Origin: Trichormus sp. ATA11-4-KO1
GTDB taxonomy: Bacteria; Cyanobacteriota; Cyanobacteriia; Cyanobacteriales; Nostocaceae
DNA length: 64,000 bases
Reading direction: 5' to 3'
Assembly (NCBI GenBank): GCA_019358915.1
Contig: JAHHIM010000055.1
Location: forward strand, 192,001 to 256,000
Shown here piece by piece: positions 20,403 through 31,630 of the stretch (within the stretch, counting starts at the first letter, position 1; each line of letters starts with the position of its first letter). The notes under the pieces are model-generated. The model was given only the letters and a program-made list of their open reading frames with translations. It was not told where the DNA came from and did no database searches. The translations under genes and the position numbers were made by a program.

Positions 20403-21638
20403 ATGAACGCACAGGGAAATGAGCCACAGCAATGGATGCAACTGAGTACCAATCCACAAGATTGGTCATGGCAATTTTGGCCTGTGTTACCACTCTATCC
20501 CTACGGTAAGCGGCGGACAATTTGCTTGGAAATAGTCAAGGATACTATCTGGACATTCGATCAGCTACACGGTATCCTCTACACTGTTGTGCCGATTCGG
20601 ATGACTGTCGTCAAGCTAGAAGCAGGCGGTCTTCTTATCTATGCGCCAGTTGCTCCCACTATTGAGTGTGTCCGCTTGGTTAACGAGTTAGTGACAAAGC
20701 ATGGCGACCTTAAGTATATTATTCTGCCAACTAGTTCTGGTCTAGAACATAAGGTCTTTGTCGGCCCCTTCGCTAGACGCTTTCCACAAGCACAGGTATT
20801 TATTGCCCCCCATCAGTGGAGTTTCCCTGTAAACCTGCCTTTAAGTTGGCTGGGTTTTCCTCCTAAACGTACTCAGGTGCTTTCAGAAGACAGTAGCCAA
20901 ACACCTTTTGCTGATGAGTTCGACTATAAGGTGCTGGATATCAATTTGGGTAGGGGATCTTTTGTAGAAGTGGCATTTTTCCACAAGCGATCGCACACTC
21001 TGCTGCTGACTGACTCCATACTATCTGTGCCAGAAGATCCACCTGCAATCAACCAGTTAGATCCCTACCCCTTGCTGTTTCATGCTAGGAACAATGCCTC
21101 TGAGGTAATTGTAGATAATCAAGTAAACCGTCGCCAGGGATGGCAACGTATTTCGCTGTTTGCGATTTACTTTCGTCCTAGTGCGCTGGAGATGCCTAGT
21201 TTGGGTCAGATGTTTCGCGATGCTTTGAAAGCTCCACAGCGATCGCCAAAGGCTTATTTTGGTTTATTTCCGTTCCGTTGGCAAGAGAATTGGCAGCAGT
21301 CATTTGCTGTTTTACGCGGAAATGGCCGTCCGTTTGTAGCACCAATTTTACAAATCCTCATTTTACCCCAAGCTCCCAGACAAGTACTCGACTGGGCTGA
21401 TAAAGTGGCAAATTGGGATTTTCGTCAAATTATCGCCTGTCACTTTGATTCACCAATTGAGGCTAGTCCCCGTCAATTTCGCCAAGCATTCAGTTTTCTG
21501 GAAAAGCAGCCTACGCTAGACCAGGACTTATCGGGAACCAACCCGCCACTGTTAGCAGAAGATATGAAATTTATTCAGGAACTTGAGGCTAGTTTAGCTA
21601 GGCAGGGTATCGCCAAGCCAGCAAAGGAGAAGGTCTAA
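20403..21638 (+). CDS. DUF4336 family protein (metallo-beta-lactamase-like)
   Basis: Motifs PLYPYGKRRT, IRMTVVKL, YAPVAPT, GLEHKVF, TLLLTD and IIACHF. Confidence 0.88.
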   Translation: MNAQGNEPQQWMQLSTNPQDWSWQFWPVLPLYPYGKRRTICLEIVKDTIWTFDQLHGILYTVVPIRMTVVKLEAGGLLIYAPVAPTIECVRLVNELVTKHGDLKYIILPTSSGLEHKVFVGPFARRFPQAQVFIAPHQWSFPVNLPLSWLGFPPKRTQVLSEDSSQTPFADEFDYKVLDINLGRGSFVEVAFFHKRSHTLLLTDSILSVPEDPPAINQLDPYPLLFHARNNASEVIVDNQVNRRQGWQRISLFAIYFRPSALEMPSLGQMFRDALKAPQRSPKAYFGLFPFRWQENWQQSFAVLRGNGRPFVAPILQILILPQAPRQVLDWADKVANWDFRQIIACHFDSPIEASPRQFRQAFSFLEKQPTLDQDLSGTNPPLLAEDMKFIQELEASLARQGIAKPAKEKV

Positions 21639-21709
21639 AGGGGGTCATCTGGACACAATTTGGTCTAAACTTCCTGAATAATGTTGGATTTTTATGAGCA
21701 ACGCTTGTT

Positions 21710-22780
21710 ATGTTCTCTAGTCAAAAACTCCCCCGTTGGCTCAACTTCGGAATTGCGTTTCCCGTAATTTTTCTGAATATTTGGTTAATTTTTCTGCTGT
21801 GGCAATACTTGCAGCCTATTCCCAGCATCGTATTAACAGCCAGCCTTGCTGCTTTCTTGCTAGACTACCCGATTATTTTTCTCGAACAGCGCGGGATGAC
21901 ACGGACTTGGGCGATCGCACTTGTCTTGCTGTTCGCACTGGCGCTGTTAACTGTAATTGGTTTGTTTTTGGGGCCTGTGGTATTTCAACAGCTGATTGAG
22001 TTTGGCGATCGCTTACCTGTTTGGATTGAAAAAGGCAGAAAACAACTGCAAACTCTAGATGACCAAACCATACTACAAAATTTACCCATTGATTTAAGTG
22101 GACTCACCATTCAGCTAACAAACCAAATTTCGGCTACCTTACAGTCCTTAACCAGTCGAATTATTAACCTCACACTCGATACTATTAATATTGCAGTAAA
22201 TTTTTTAGTGACGGTAGTACTGACGATTCTTCTGGTTCTCAACGGCAAAAAGCTCTGGGACGGAATATTTAACTGGTTTCCTGCAAAATGGAGTACCCGA
22301 ATTCAAACTTCACTCCAACAAAGTTTTCAAGGCTATTTTGCCGGACAAGCAATCATTGCATTGATTTTGAGTATTGTTTTATCACTGACATTTGAGGTTT
22401 TGCAAGTACCTTTTGGCTTGCTATTTGGTCTAGGCATTGGCATCGCCAGTATTATTCCCTTTGGAGGTACACTTAGTACAACCCTGGTGAGTTTGTTACT
22501 GGCCTCTCAAAACATCTGGTTAGGAATTAAGGTCTTTGTAACAGCTTTAATTCTTATTCAAATTAACGACAATGTTGTTGCTCCTCGCTTGATTGGTGGC
22601 ATTACTGGACTTAATCCGGCGATCGTAGTGATCTCGATCCTCATTGGCGTCAAAATTGGCGGATTTTTGGGTTTACTATTAGCTGTTCCTACAGCGAGTT
22701 TCATTAAAAAAATAGCTGATACTTTATATAATTTTGTTGTGACTGATGAAAAAGTTTCTCAAGCTAATCAATTACAATGA
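21710..22780 (+). CDS. AI-2E (PerM) family transporter
   Basis: Multiple transmembrane helices with motifs IPFGG, NVVAPRLIG, GLNP and GGFLGLLLAVP. Confidence 0.9.
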   Translation: MFSSQKLPRWLNFGIAFPVIFLNIWLIFLLWQYLQPIPSIVLTASLAAFLLDYPIIFLEQRGMTRTWAIALVLLFALALLTVIGLFLGPVVFQQLIEFGDRLPVWIEKGRKQLQTLDDQTILQNLPIDLSGLTIQLTNQISATLQSLTSRIINLTLDTINIAVNFLVTVVLTILLVLNGKKLWDGIFNWFPAKWSTRIQTSLQQSFQGYFAGQAIIALILSIVLSLTFEVLQVPFGLLFGLGIGIASIIPFGGTLSTTLVSLLLASQNIWLGIKVFVTALILIQINDNVVAPRLIGGITGLNPAIVVISILIGVKIGGFLGLLLAVPTASFIKKIADTLYNFVVTDEKVSQANQLQ

Positions 22781-22837
22781 CTTTCAGATTCACCATTCAT
22801 CTAAGACAAGCTTTTAAAATATAATCTTGTTGCCAAA

Positions 22838-23377
22838 TTAGTTACTTTTTTTATAACTTCTTCGCCATCTTTCCAGATATTCTATAGAAATAGATTTAGT
22901 TACGACATTAACACCATTTCCTCGCCAGGCAACTTCCGGATCTGTTGTAAACACACCACACTCTAATTGTTCAAGTCTAATATCCCAATATTGACTAAAT
23001 CTATTTTTTAAAGTAATCACCTGCTCAAATACCTTGTTCCTATGCTTATTTCTTCTTTTTCTCTCTGTTGCTCCTTTTGCCTCTGTATCAATAAATTTAG
23101 TTTCGATTAAAAACAAATTACCTTGAAATGTGAGATAGACAAAATCACACTTACCTAAATCTGTATAATCTGAAATTGGCGACTTTTCAAATAAAAGTAA
23201 TTCACAGCATGAAGGAAATAAATCTTTAATATGTAAAAATAAATAAGCTTGTAATAAAAGTTCTTTGTCGTAAGGAAATACGATCACCCCTTCAAAAAAT
23301 TGTTGAATATCTTCCTGGCTTTGGGGTTGAATTTTCTTACAATAAGAAACAAATTTATATAAATCATTGGCAATCAT
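22838..23377 (-). CDS. Hypothetical protein with a PD-(D/E)XK nuclease-like motif
   Basis: FEK...GKCDFVYL..GNLFLIETK...EQV; the sequence is AT-rich. Confidence 0.7.
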   Translation of the reverse strand: MIANDLYKFVSYCKKIQPQSQEDIQQFFEGVIVFPYDKELLLQAYLFLHIKDLFPSCCELLLFEKSPISDYTDLGKCDFVYLTFQGNLFLIETKFIDTEAKGATERKRRNKHRNKVFEQVITLKNRFSQYWDIRLEQLECGVFTTDPEVAWRGNGVNVVTKSISIEYLERWRRSYKKSN

Positions 23378-23547
23378 TAAGTTTTAGCTCCTACTCCCGG
23401 CGATCACTTCAGTCCTCATAGCATAAAAAGATACTATGTGAATCTGTAAATCTCCAACCGCATAAGTAACTAAAACAACGATTGAACTCCAGAATTAATC
23501 AGGTAATATACTGATAGCATAATCGTAAAGAGAGACAGGTTTTGCGA

Positions 23548-24900
23548 TTAACCACCAATTAGCGGTTTGAGATGAGCAGTAAACCTGGCATTTTGCAAAG
23601 CTTGAACTGTGATGCGAGAGTCTTGCACACAAAATTGCCAACCTAAGCGAACTAACTTGCGGGAATTTTCAGCTTGGACAATTCCGATCACTGGCATTTT
23701 TGCCTTTTCTTTATCACCTGACTGTTCTTGCAAAATTGTTTTTAAGCGATGTAGTTCTTCGATGTCGGCTGCTTGTTGAGGATTTAGTTCTACCATTACC
23801 ATTTGCACTGTTTCTACTGGTTCGGCATCTTCAACAATCAATTGAGTTTGTTCATCTCTTCGGTCTACTTTACCCCAAATAATCAATCTCACATCGACTT
23901 GGAGTAGAAAACTAATGCGTTCGTAAGTTTTAGGAAAAACAATAGCTTCCGATTGTGCAGTTAAATCTTCTATTTGTAAAATAGCCATCGGATCACCTTT
24001 TTTAGTCATCACTTTTTTGACATTATTTAGCATGATCACCACACAAACTTTTGTATCTTCTCTTTGTTCGTTGAGTTGTGAAAGGTTAATTGGAGTCAGT
24101 AGTGATGCTATTGGTCTTAAAGATTTTAATGGATGATCTGATACATAAAAACCCAGCAATTCTTTTTCCATGCGTAATTTTTCCTGTGGGGGAAAATCCA
24201 TCACAGGTTCAGCTTTGGGAACAGCTGCAAAGGCATTACTCGCTGTTTTATTATTAGTATTTGCAAAACTACCACCTAACAAATCAAACAGATTTCCTTG
24301 GCCGCTAGCCCTATCTTTGGCACGGGACTGCGCCCAATCGTAAACTAGTTCTAAATCACGGATTAATTGTTGGCGGTTGGATTCAATTTTGTCAAAGGCA
24401 CCACAGTAAATCAGTGATTCCAAAGTCCGGCGATTAACAGCGCGCAGATCCACGCGATCGCAAAAATCAGCGAGTGATTTAAACTCTCCGCCCTCACTTC
24501 TAGCTTCCAGAATACAGGCGATCGCATTTTGCCCCACGTTCCGCACAGCTGAAAATCCAAATAAAATCTTTCCAGCCGCAGGTGTAAAATCCAGCCCAGA
24601 GCGATTAATATCAGGCGGATCTATGGGAATACCCATGCTCGTGCAGTTATTAATATATTTCTGCACTTTATCTGTATCGCCACTGTTAGCAGTCAGCAGC
24701 GCCGCCATATACTCTAATGGATAATTAGCTTTCAAATATGCAGTTTGATAAGTAACATATCCATAAGCAGTTGAATGAGATTTATTGAAACAATTGGAGG
24801 CTATCAAACCATTTTTAATGGCAAAATTATGGTCACGTTCTACCCCAATGTCATAAACGTTTTCTCTACCTACAAATTTACGAGCAACTATTTTGACCAT
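23548..24900 (-). CDS. dnaE-C: DNA polymerase III alpha, C-terminal partner with split intein IC (first 36 aa, 24900-24793)
   Basis: MVKIVARKFVGRENVYDIGVERDHNFAIKNGLIASN|CFNKSHS, plus EKELLGFYVSDHP and an OB fold. ATG at 24900, after GAGAGG. Confidence 0.97.
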   Translation of the reverse strand: MVKIVARKFVGRENVYDIGVERDHNFAIKNGLIASNCFNKSHSTAYGYVTYQTAYLKANYPLEYMAALLTANSGDTDKVQKYINNCTSMGIPIDPPDINRSGLDFTPAAGKILFGFSAVRNVGQNAIACILEARSEGGEFKSLADFCDRVDLRAVNRRTLESLIYCGAFDKIESNRQQLIRDLELVYDWAQSRAKDRASGQGNLFDLLGGSFANTNNKTASNAFAAVPKAEPVMDFPPQEKLRMEKELLGFYVSDHPLKSLRPIASLLTPINLSQLNEQREDTKVCVVIMLNNVKKVMTKKGDPMAILQIEDLTAQSEAIVFPKTYERISFLLQVDVRLIIWGKVDRRDEQTQLIVEDAEPVETVQMVMVELNPQQAADIEELHRLKTILQEQSGDKEKAKMPVIGIVQAENSRKLVRLGWQFCVQDSRITVQALQNARFTAHLKPLIGG

Positions 24901-25436
24901 CTTACCTAACCTCTCTTGTTTTGTCTTGAGATTGCTGACCTTAGTGGCTGATTTACTCAACCATCTTCCTATTCATCTTCATCGCTGGAGTTATTTTCCT
25001 TCTACTCCTGTTGACGATTTCTTTTGCTTTAACTCCTCTTGATTGTAAAAAACCTACACCTGTCAGCACTCCCCCATAAAGCTTTTGTGATAAAATCTTG
25101 AAGTTTTTCTCGGATTTTTGAAGATAGGCAGTTTCAGCCCTGGCATCAAGTTAATTTTTATGACAAAAATTTGATCAAATTGTGTTGTTTAATTGAACTT
25201 TCCTCTTCCTCGCTCTTCGGTTCTCTTACACAAAACTGAATATAGTACACAACCAATCTAGGAAATTTGAAATATTCAGGCAATCGATTCAGCAAACTCA
25301 TAGGGATACATCCCCTATATAAACTTCTCACAAAATTGCCCTACAGTCGCCAGTAAGCCTTTTGTGTTAGAATTTTGGTGTGTTTTGACTTTTTTGTTTT
25401 TGGGCGAGTTCAAACCCACGCATCAGGAGAATTTTC

Positions 25437-27374
25437 ATGACGAGCAGTTACAGTGCCGATCAGATTCAAGTTCTGGAAGGTCTGGAAGCCGTCCGCAAAC
25501 GACCAGGGATGTACATCGGTACTACCGGGCCGCGAGGACTTCACCATTTAGTTTACGAGGTGGTAGATAACTCTATTGATGAAGCTTTGGCGGGTCACTG
25601 TACCCATATAGAAGTGGATATCAATGCTGATGGTTCCGTGACTGTAACAGATGATGGTCGGGGTATTCCTACCGATACCCACTCGCGAACGGGGAAATCG
25701 GCTTTAGAAACTGTGTTAACCGTACTGCACGCCGGAGGTAAGTTTGGCGGTGGTGGCTACAAGGTTTCTGGAGGATTGCACGGGGTTGGTATTTCTGTGG
25801 TTAACGCCCTGTCGGAAATGGTGGAAGTGACAGTTTGGCGAGATAAGAAGGTTCATGTCCAGCGTTATGAACGAGGTTTACCAGTTACCGAACTGCAAGT
25901 CAAGCCTGAAAAAGAGGGGAGAACCGGAACTTCTGTCAGGTTTAAGCCAGATACTCAAATCTTTACTAATAGCATTGAGTTTGATTACATCACTTTATCG
26001 GGTCGCCTGCGGGAGTTGGCGTATCTAAATGCAGGTGTCAAAATTACCTTTAGCGACCATCGGCTAGAACTTCTTAAAAGCGATGTACCCAGGATAGAAA
26101 CCTACGAGTATAAGGGTGGCATCAAAGAATATATTGCTTACATGAACCGCGAGAAGCAACCACTGCACGAAGAAATTATTTATGTGCAAGGGGAACGCAA
26201 TAATGTACAAGTAGAAGTTTCTTTGCAGTGGTGTACTGACGCTTACACAGATAATGTGCTGGGTTTTGCCAATAATATTCGTACCGTTGATGGTGGTACA
26301 CACTTAGAAGGTTTGAAGGCGGTTCTGACTCGCACATTAAATGCGATCGCCCGTAAGCGCAATAAAATCAAAGAAAATGAATCTAACCTCAGTGGCGAAC
26401 ACGTCCGCGAAGGTTTAACAGCAGTAATTTCCGTTAAAGTCCCCGACCCAGAATTTGAAGGACAAACCAAAACCAAACTCGGTAACACCGAAGTCCGGGG
26501 TATTGTTGATTCCTTAGTAGGAGAAGTGCTGACTGAGTACTTAGAATTTCATCCTGGTATCGCCGACTCGATTTTAGATAAAGCCATCCAAGCTTTTAAA
26601 GCCGCAGAAGCCGCCCGTCATGCGCGGGAGTTAGTGCGACGCAAATCTGTTTTAGAATCTTCGCCATTACCAGGTAAATTAGCAGATTGCAGTTCTCGTG
26701 ACCCCAGCGAATCAGAAATCTTCATCGTGGAAGGGGACTCAGCAGGTGGTAGCGCCAAACAAGGACGCGATCGCCGCACCCAAGCTATCCTGCCTCTACG
26801 TGGTAAGATCCTCAACATCGAAAAAACAGACGATGCCAAAATCTACAAAAATAACGAAGTCCAATCGTTAATTACAGCCCTGGGTTTGGGCGTAAAAGGT
26901 GACGAATTCGATTCCTCCCAACTGCGCTATCACCGCATAGTCATCATGACTGACGCTGACGTAGATGGCGCGCATATCCGGACACTGTTGTTAACTTTTT
27001 TCTATCGGTATCAGCGAGCGCTCATTGAACAAGGTTTCATCTATATTGCTTGTCCCCCACTATTCAAAGTAGAACGAGGACGCAATCATGAGTACTGCTA
27101 TAGCGAACGTGAACTACAACAGTACCTAGGAACGCTTCCTAGTAACGCCAACTACACTATCCAACGCTTCAAAGGTTTGGGTGAAATGATGCCACAACAA
27201 CTCTGGGACACCACAATGAACCCAGAAACCCGCAAAATGAAACAAGTGGAAATTGAAGACGCCGCAGAAGCCGATCGCATTTTCACAATTTTAATGGGCG
27301 ATCGTGTGGCACCTAGACGCGAATTTATTGAAACCTATGGGTCTAAACTCAATTTCACGGATTTAGATATCTAA
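25437..27374 (+). CDS. gyrB: DNA gyrase subunit B (no intein)
   Basis: Motifs [38 protein letters not shown] and DADVDG. Confidence 0.98.
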   Translation: MTSSYSADQIQVLEGLEAVRKRPGMYIGTTGPRGLHHLVYEVVDNSIDEALAGHCTHIEVDINADGSVTVTDDGRGIPTDTHSRTGKSALETVLTVLHAGGKFGGGGYKVSGGLHGVGISVVNALSEMVEVTVWRDKKVHVQRYERGLPVTELQVKPEKEGRTGTSVRFKPDTQIFTNSIEFDYITLSGRLRELAYLNAGVKITFSDHRLELLKSDVPRIETYEYKGGIKEYIAYMNREKQPLHEEIIYVQGERNNVQVEVSLQWCTDAYTDNVLGFANNIRTVDGGTHLEGLKAVLTRTLNAIARKRNKIKENESNLSGEHVREGLTAVISVKVPDPEFEGQTKTKLGNTEVRGIVDSLVGEVLTEYLEFHPGIADSILDKAIQAFKAAEAARHARELVRRKSVLESSPLPGKLADCSSRDPSESEIFIVEGDSAGGSAKQGRDRRTQAILPLRGKILNIEKTDDAKIYKNNEVQSLITALGLGVKGDEFDSSQLRYHRIVIMTDADVDGAHIRTLLLTFFYRYQRALIEQGFIYIACPPLFKVERGRNHEYCYSERELQQYLGTLPSNANYTIQRFKGLGEMMPQQLWDTTMNPETRKMKQVEIEDAAEADRIFTILMGDRVAPRREFIETYGSKLNFTDLDI

Positions 27375-27384
27375 TATCAACAAG

Positions 27385-27575
27385 AAAGGCAGAGGGCAGG
27401 AGGCAGGAGGCAGAAGGAATACTACCTCGTGCTATCTGCCGCGACCGGAGGGAGCAAGGGTTTGAGTCCCCCACTGAAATCTGTGATTCAGTGGCACTTA
27501 TTTGGTGGGGGTTTGAATCCCCCATCAAATTCTTCCCGAATGCCCTCTGCCCTCTGCCGAATGCCTTCGTTTCAA
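27385..27575. mobile_element. MITE-like composite repeat, copy 2, downstream of gyrB
   Basis: GGCAG(A/G)A heptamer arm and inverted TGCCCTC arm, with hairpins CCACTGAA..TTCAGTGG and TTTGGTGGGGG..CCCCCATCAAA. Confidence 0.6.
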
Positions 27576-27851
27576 TTGCATATCATCATCTTAAATGTGC
27601 AGTGAGCTGGCTAATTAATTTGTCATGGATAGTTGGTTTTCATCGACTATCCATTAATTTTTGATAATCTCACAGTGCTATCGCCTTAATCATATAAGTT
27701 AGGATAGTATTGCTCCATGCTGGGCCTAGATCATCGCGTCTTTGAAAAAACTAGCTGTAGAAGACGCACATCAGCAATTACAAGCACTAGCCTATGACAA
27801 AAAACTTACCTCAGACTTGCAACAAGGAATCGCGATCGCTTCAAGTGTCAA

Positions 27852-30521
27852 TTAATCAACTACTTCATTCACAGGGAATCTATCAATTAATTGCATAGCT
27901 CGATAAGCATTACGCTGCAAGGATTGCGGCAAATGGGGAACGTGGGGAATCTGAGATAATAAGTCCAATGTCCGGCGTAAAATTCTGACTACATCACCTT
28001 CATCCAAGCTGGTATTGTTGCACAGTTCTATCCACGGTGTTCCTAATGCCCACAGTTCCACTAGGGCAATTAACTCAAATTCCAACCAGATGGGCAAAGT
28101 TACACCATACCGCCGTTGCAGTTGAAATATTTGGCGACGAATTCCCCGCAATTTTGCCAAAGCATCGACAACTTCGTGACTGAGTTCATAGTGTACCCTA
28201 CTATCTGGGCGTGGGGTTTCGACCACCAAAGCGGCGGCGGCGGCGGCTAAATGGTGCGGATCTAAATTGTCCAATTCTCCACTGGCCAGTGCTAAACCTA
28301 GCCATAATTCATTTTCTCCGCGAATAGCTGCGGCGATTTGCCCTAGTTGTGTGGGGACTAAGTTATGCAAACAGCCAAATTGTTGCAATATGGTAATTAA
28401 ATTCAGAAATTCTTCCCAATGACGTTGTGAGTGTTGTTCTACTTGCGATTGCAACTCTTCCAGTTCGGCTTCTAATTCCACATAACGCGCCCGGCGTTTG
28501 AAAATCTTGCTAGCGTTACCTGATTGATGGATGGGATTAGCTTCTAATTGTTCTTGGACGGCGGTAACGCGACTGAGTTGTTCTGCCACTTCTGGCGGCA
28601 TGTATAATGAGCTTTGTGGCTCAGGAATGCGTTGGGCGATCGCAAATGTTTCTTCATTACCACGGAGTGATTGACCTGGTTTCAAAAGCAATTCTGGCGG
28701 TGGTATAATCTCCGGTGGCACGTCCACTCGTGGTAGTTCAGCATACAAATCGACGACATCACTAGTTGTCACCACATACCAACGGTTATCCTGCCCTAAA
28801 CATACCAAATAAGGCGCTTCAGCACCGGGTGTTTTACCTACTAATACTGCTGTTATCGGTGCAGAAACGGCGATGTTTTTACCCTTGAGACTTAACAGAG
28901 TTCCCGACACGGCAAAGCTCAACATCATCACAAATTCTTCTTGTCGGTTTGCCTGCGCTTGTTCTTGTAGAGTTTTTAATAACTGGCGTTCTACTTTCAA
29001 ACGTTGCCGTAATTTTTCATAAACTGCTAGTTCATGTTCGTTAACTGCGGCAATTTGTGCTTGAAGTTGAGCTAATTGTGTTTGCAGTTCGGCAATCTCA
29101 TCATACTCTGGTTTTAAATACAAAGTCGCCATATACTGCCCGAAACTGCGTTCTATGAGTTCTCTGGCTTGTTCTAGAGTATGGATTTGCAATAAATTCA
29201 GTACCATCCCATAGCTGGGTGTAAATTGGCTGACCAAAGGGTCTGGTTGAGATGTAGCCAAATACGCCGCTTCTTTCGCTCCTTCAAAGGGGGTTTGTAC
29301 TGTTACTACATGACCTTGTAAATCCATCCCCCGGCGGCCGGCTCGTCCCGCCATCTGGAGAAATTCGGAAGCGTTTAATAAGCGATGTCCAGAGTCAGTC
29401 CGTTTGGAAAGAGTAGAAATTACTGTTGTTCTGGCAGGCATATTAATTCCGGCTGCCAGTGTCTCGGTGGCAAAGACTACTTTAATCAATCCTTGCTGAA
29501 AAAGTTCTTCTACTAGTACTTTCCACGCAGGTAAAATTCCGGCATGGTGAGCAGCTATACCTCTATAGAGCGGCGCGATTTGTCCAGAACGCCCGGCTTC
29601 AGGATTGCGGGCTAAAAAGTCATCAATTTGTCGCCGTAAGATTTGCGACTCGTCATTATTTACCAACCATAAATCCCCTACTTCTGCTACCGCTTTATCA
29701 CATCCTCGGCGACTGAAGATAAAGTAAATCGCTGGTAGCATATCTCTTTGCTGTAGGTGGCTGAGAGTGTAAGCTATGCTAGGGGCTTCGGGTCTACCAC
29801 CTTTACCCCTGTCTCCTTGCCGCCTTTTGCCTCGGTTTGCCAAGCGGGGGTTAATTTTGGTTCTGCTATCGTTTAGTAGGGGAAATAGCCCTTTGGGATT
29901 GCAATAGTGAAACTCCAAGGGGACTGGGCGGAAATCGGAGTAAATTAAATCAGTGGGGCCGTGAACCCGATTTAGCCAGTCAGTGAGTTGATCGCTGTTA
30001 GCAACGGTTGCTGAAAGGGCTACCAACTGAATCTCCCGAGGACAATAGATAATTGATTCTTCCCAAACTGTTCCTCTTTGGCGATCGTTCATATAGTGGC
30101 ACTCATCCAGTACCACCGCTTCAACATCCACTAATGAGATACCGACTTGCCCGATGGGTGTACCATAGAGCATGTTTCGGAAAATTTCTGTAGTCATCAC
30201 CAGAATTGGTGCATCCCTGTTAATGGAGGCATCTCCCGTTAACAGTCCCACGAGGTCATACCCGAATTTTTCGCGGAAATCACGTAATTTTTGATTTGAC
30301 AGCGCCTTTAGGGGTGTGGTGTAAAATACCCGTTTCCCTCGCGATAAAGCGCGATAAATGGCGTATTCTCCTACTAATGTTTTGCCCGAACCTGTGGGCG
30401 CACATACGACTACTGAGCGTCCAGCGTTCAGGGACGCGATCGCATCTTTTTGGAACTGATCTAGTTCAAAGGGAAATATTAACCCTAAGTCTAGTTCTGG
30501 AGACGGTGCGGGATAATTCAC
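27852..30521 (-). CDS. Ski2/HelY-like DEAD/DEAH-box RNA helicase
   Basis: Motifs APTGSGKT, PLKALSNQK, DECH, SAT, ATETLAAGINMPA and QMAGRAGRRG, with a DSHCT-type C-terminus (DEGDVVR). Confidence 0.94.
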   Translation of the reverse strand: MNYPAPSPELDLGLIFPFELDQFQKDAIASLNAGRSVVVCAPTGSGKTLVGEYAIYRALSRGKRVFYTTPLKALSNQKLRDFREKFGYDLVGLLTGDASINRDAPILVMTTEIFRNMLYGTPIGQVGISLVDVEAVVLDECHYMNDRQRGTVWEESIIYCPREIQLVALSATVANSDQLTDWLNRVHGPTDLIYSDFRPVPLEFHYCNPKGLFPLLNDSRTKINPRLANRGKRRQGDRGKGGRPEAPSIAYTLSHLQQRDMLPAIYFIFSRRGCDKAVAEVGDLWLVNNDESQILRRQIDDFLARNPEAGRSGQIAPLYRGIAAHHAGILPAWKVLVEELFQQGLIKVVFATETLAAGINMPARTTVISTLSKRTDSGHRLLNASEFLQMAGRAGRRGMDLQGHVVTVQTPFEGAKEAAYLATSQPDPLVSQFTPSYGMVLNLLQIHTLEQARELIERSFGQYMATLYLKPEYDEIAELQTQLAQLQAQIAAVNEHELAVYEKLRQRLKVERQLLKTLQEQAQANRQEEFVMMLSFAVSGTLLSLKGKNIAVSAPITAVLVGKTPGAEAPYLVCLGQDNRWYVVTTSDVVDLYAELPRVDVPPEIIPPPELLLKPGQSLRGNEETFAIAQRIPEPQSSLYMPPEVAEQLSRVTAVQEQLEANPIHQSGNASKIFKRRARYVELEAELEELQSQVEQHSQRHWEEFLNLITILQQFGCLHNLVPTQLGQIAAAIRGENELWLGLALASGELDNLDPHHLAAAAAALVVETPRPDSRVHYELSHEVVDALAKLRGIRRQIFQLQRRYGVTLPIWLEFELIALVELWALGTPWIELCNNTSLDEGDVVRILRRTLDLLSQIPHVPHLPQSLQRNAYRAMQLIDRFPVNEVVD

Positions 30522-30593
30522 TCAATCAAATTTGCAACCGGACTGTTTACTATATTAACGGCTATTTTGTCAACTTCGTTAGGGATTAGGAAG

Positions 30594-30693
30594 TGGGGGA
30601 TGGGGAATGGGGGGATGGGGACAAGGGGGCAAGAACAAAAATACTTCCTCATCTCCCCACTCAGCACTCAGCACTCAGCACTCAGCACTCACT
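30594..30693. repeat. STRR cluster (GGGGA[AT]G, CACTCAG) downstream of proC
   Basis: Tandem heptamers read directly. Confidence 0.8.
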
Positions 30694-31501
30694 TCCCCAA
30701 CTCCTGCGATCGCCATGTGGCAACTTTCACTGCTTCAATTAAGGCTGAGCGAAATCCTGCCTTTTCTAGTTGGGCGATCCCAGCAATTGTCGTACCACCG
30801 GGACTGGTAACGCGGTCTTTGAGTTCGGCTGGGTGCATTTTGTGATCATGCAACAGTTTCGCTGTTCCTAAGACAGTTTGCAGGGCTAGTTGATTGGCTA
30901 TGCTTCTGGGTAAACCTGCGGCTACTCCCCCATCAGCTAATGCTTCCACCATTAAGGCTACGTAAGCAGGGCCACTACCAGATAATCCTGTGACTGCATC
31001 CATGAGCATTTCGGAAACTTCTACAACCTCCCCTACTGCCGAAAACACTTGTTGTGCTATTTGGTGGTGTTTGGCGTTAGTGTATGCACCTAAACACATA
31101 GCAGTAATTCCTGCCCCTACGGTGGCTGGAGTATTGGGCATGGCTCTAATTACTGGTAACTGGGGAAACGCCGCTTCTAATTGACTTAAAGATACTCCTG
31201 CCAAAATGGAAATTACTACAGGCGTGAGTTCTATGGTGAGAACATCTGCTAATTCTTGAGCGATCGCACTGAATACCTGTGGTTTTACTGCTAAAAATAC
31301 TACTTCGCTTGCTTGCTTAAAAACTAAACTATTTTCTGTAGTTACAGTCACATCGTACTGCTGCCGCAAAAAACTTTGGCGTGTAGGTAGGGGTTCACTG
31401 ACTATAACTTCTGATGGTTGATAAATTCCCCGGACAATAAGGCGGGATAATAGTGCTTCGCCCATTACCCCACCACCAATTAAGCCAAATTTAATAGTCA
31501 T
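30689..31501 (-). CDS. proC: Pyrroline-5-carboxylate reductase
   Basis: Motifs IGGGVMG, LAVKPQ, RAMPNTP, GSGPAY and VTSPGGTT. The ATG at 31501 is preferred. Confidence 0.96.
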   Translation of the reverse strand: MTIKFGLIGGGVMGEALLSRLIVRGIYQPSEVIVSEPLPTRQSFLRQQYDVTVTTENSLVFKQASEVVFLAVKPQVFSAIAQELADVLTIELTPVVISILAGVSLSQLEAAFPQLPVIRAMPNTPATVGAGITAMCLGAYTNAKHHQIAQQVFSAVGEVVEVSEMLMDAVTGLSGSGPAYVALMVEALADGGVAAGLPRSIANQLALQTVLGTAKLLHDHKMHPAELKDRVTSPGGTTIAGIAQLEKAGFRSALIEAVKVATWRSQELGK

Positions 31502-31630
31502 TAAGTTAATAGTCAATAGTCAATCAGAGCAGGTTTAACCCTTTAATCTATGCTTAAACACTATATCTTGTTAAACCCGCCCGTACAATAATCAAAAATT
31601 TGGGACTTGGGACTTTTGACTAATTTAACG

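Noticed and set aside
24901..25100. N-terminal extension of dnaE-C, or a decayed tatA remnant
   Set aside because: The intein C-fragment begins at the ATG at 24900. The tatA resemblance is limited to a few codons with no continuous frame.
25437..27374. Intein in gyrB
   Set aside because: The 645-aa protein is continuous, with no splicing motifs.
27715..27855. Short frame LKKLAVEDAHQQLQALAYDKK...
   Set aside because: No start codon with an RBS and no recognisable family; it may be a gene remnant but cannot be supported.
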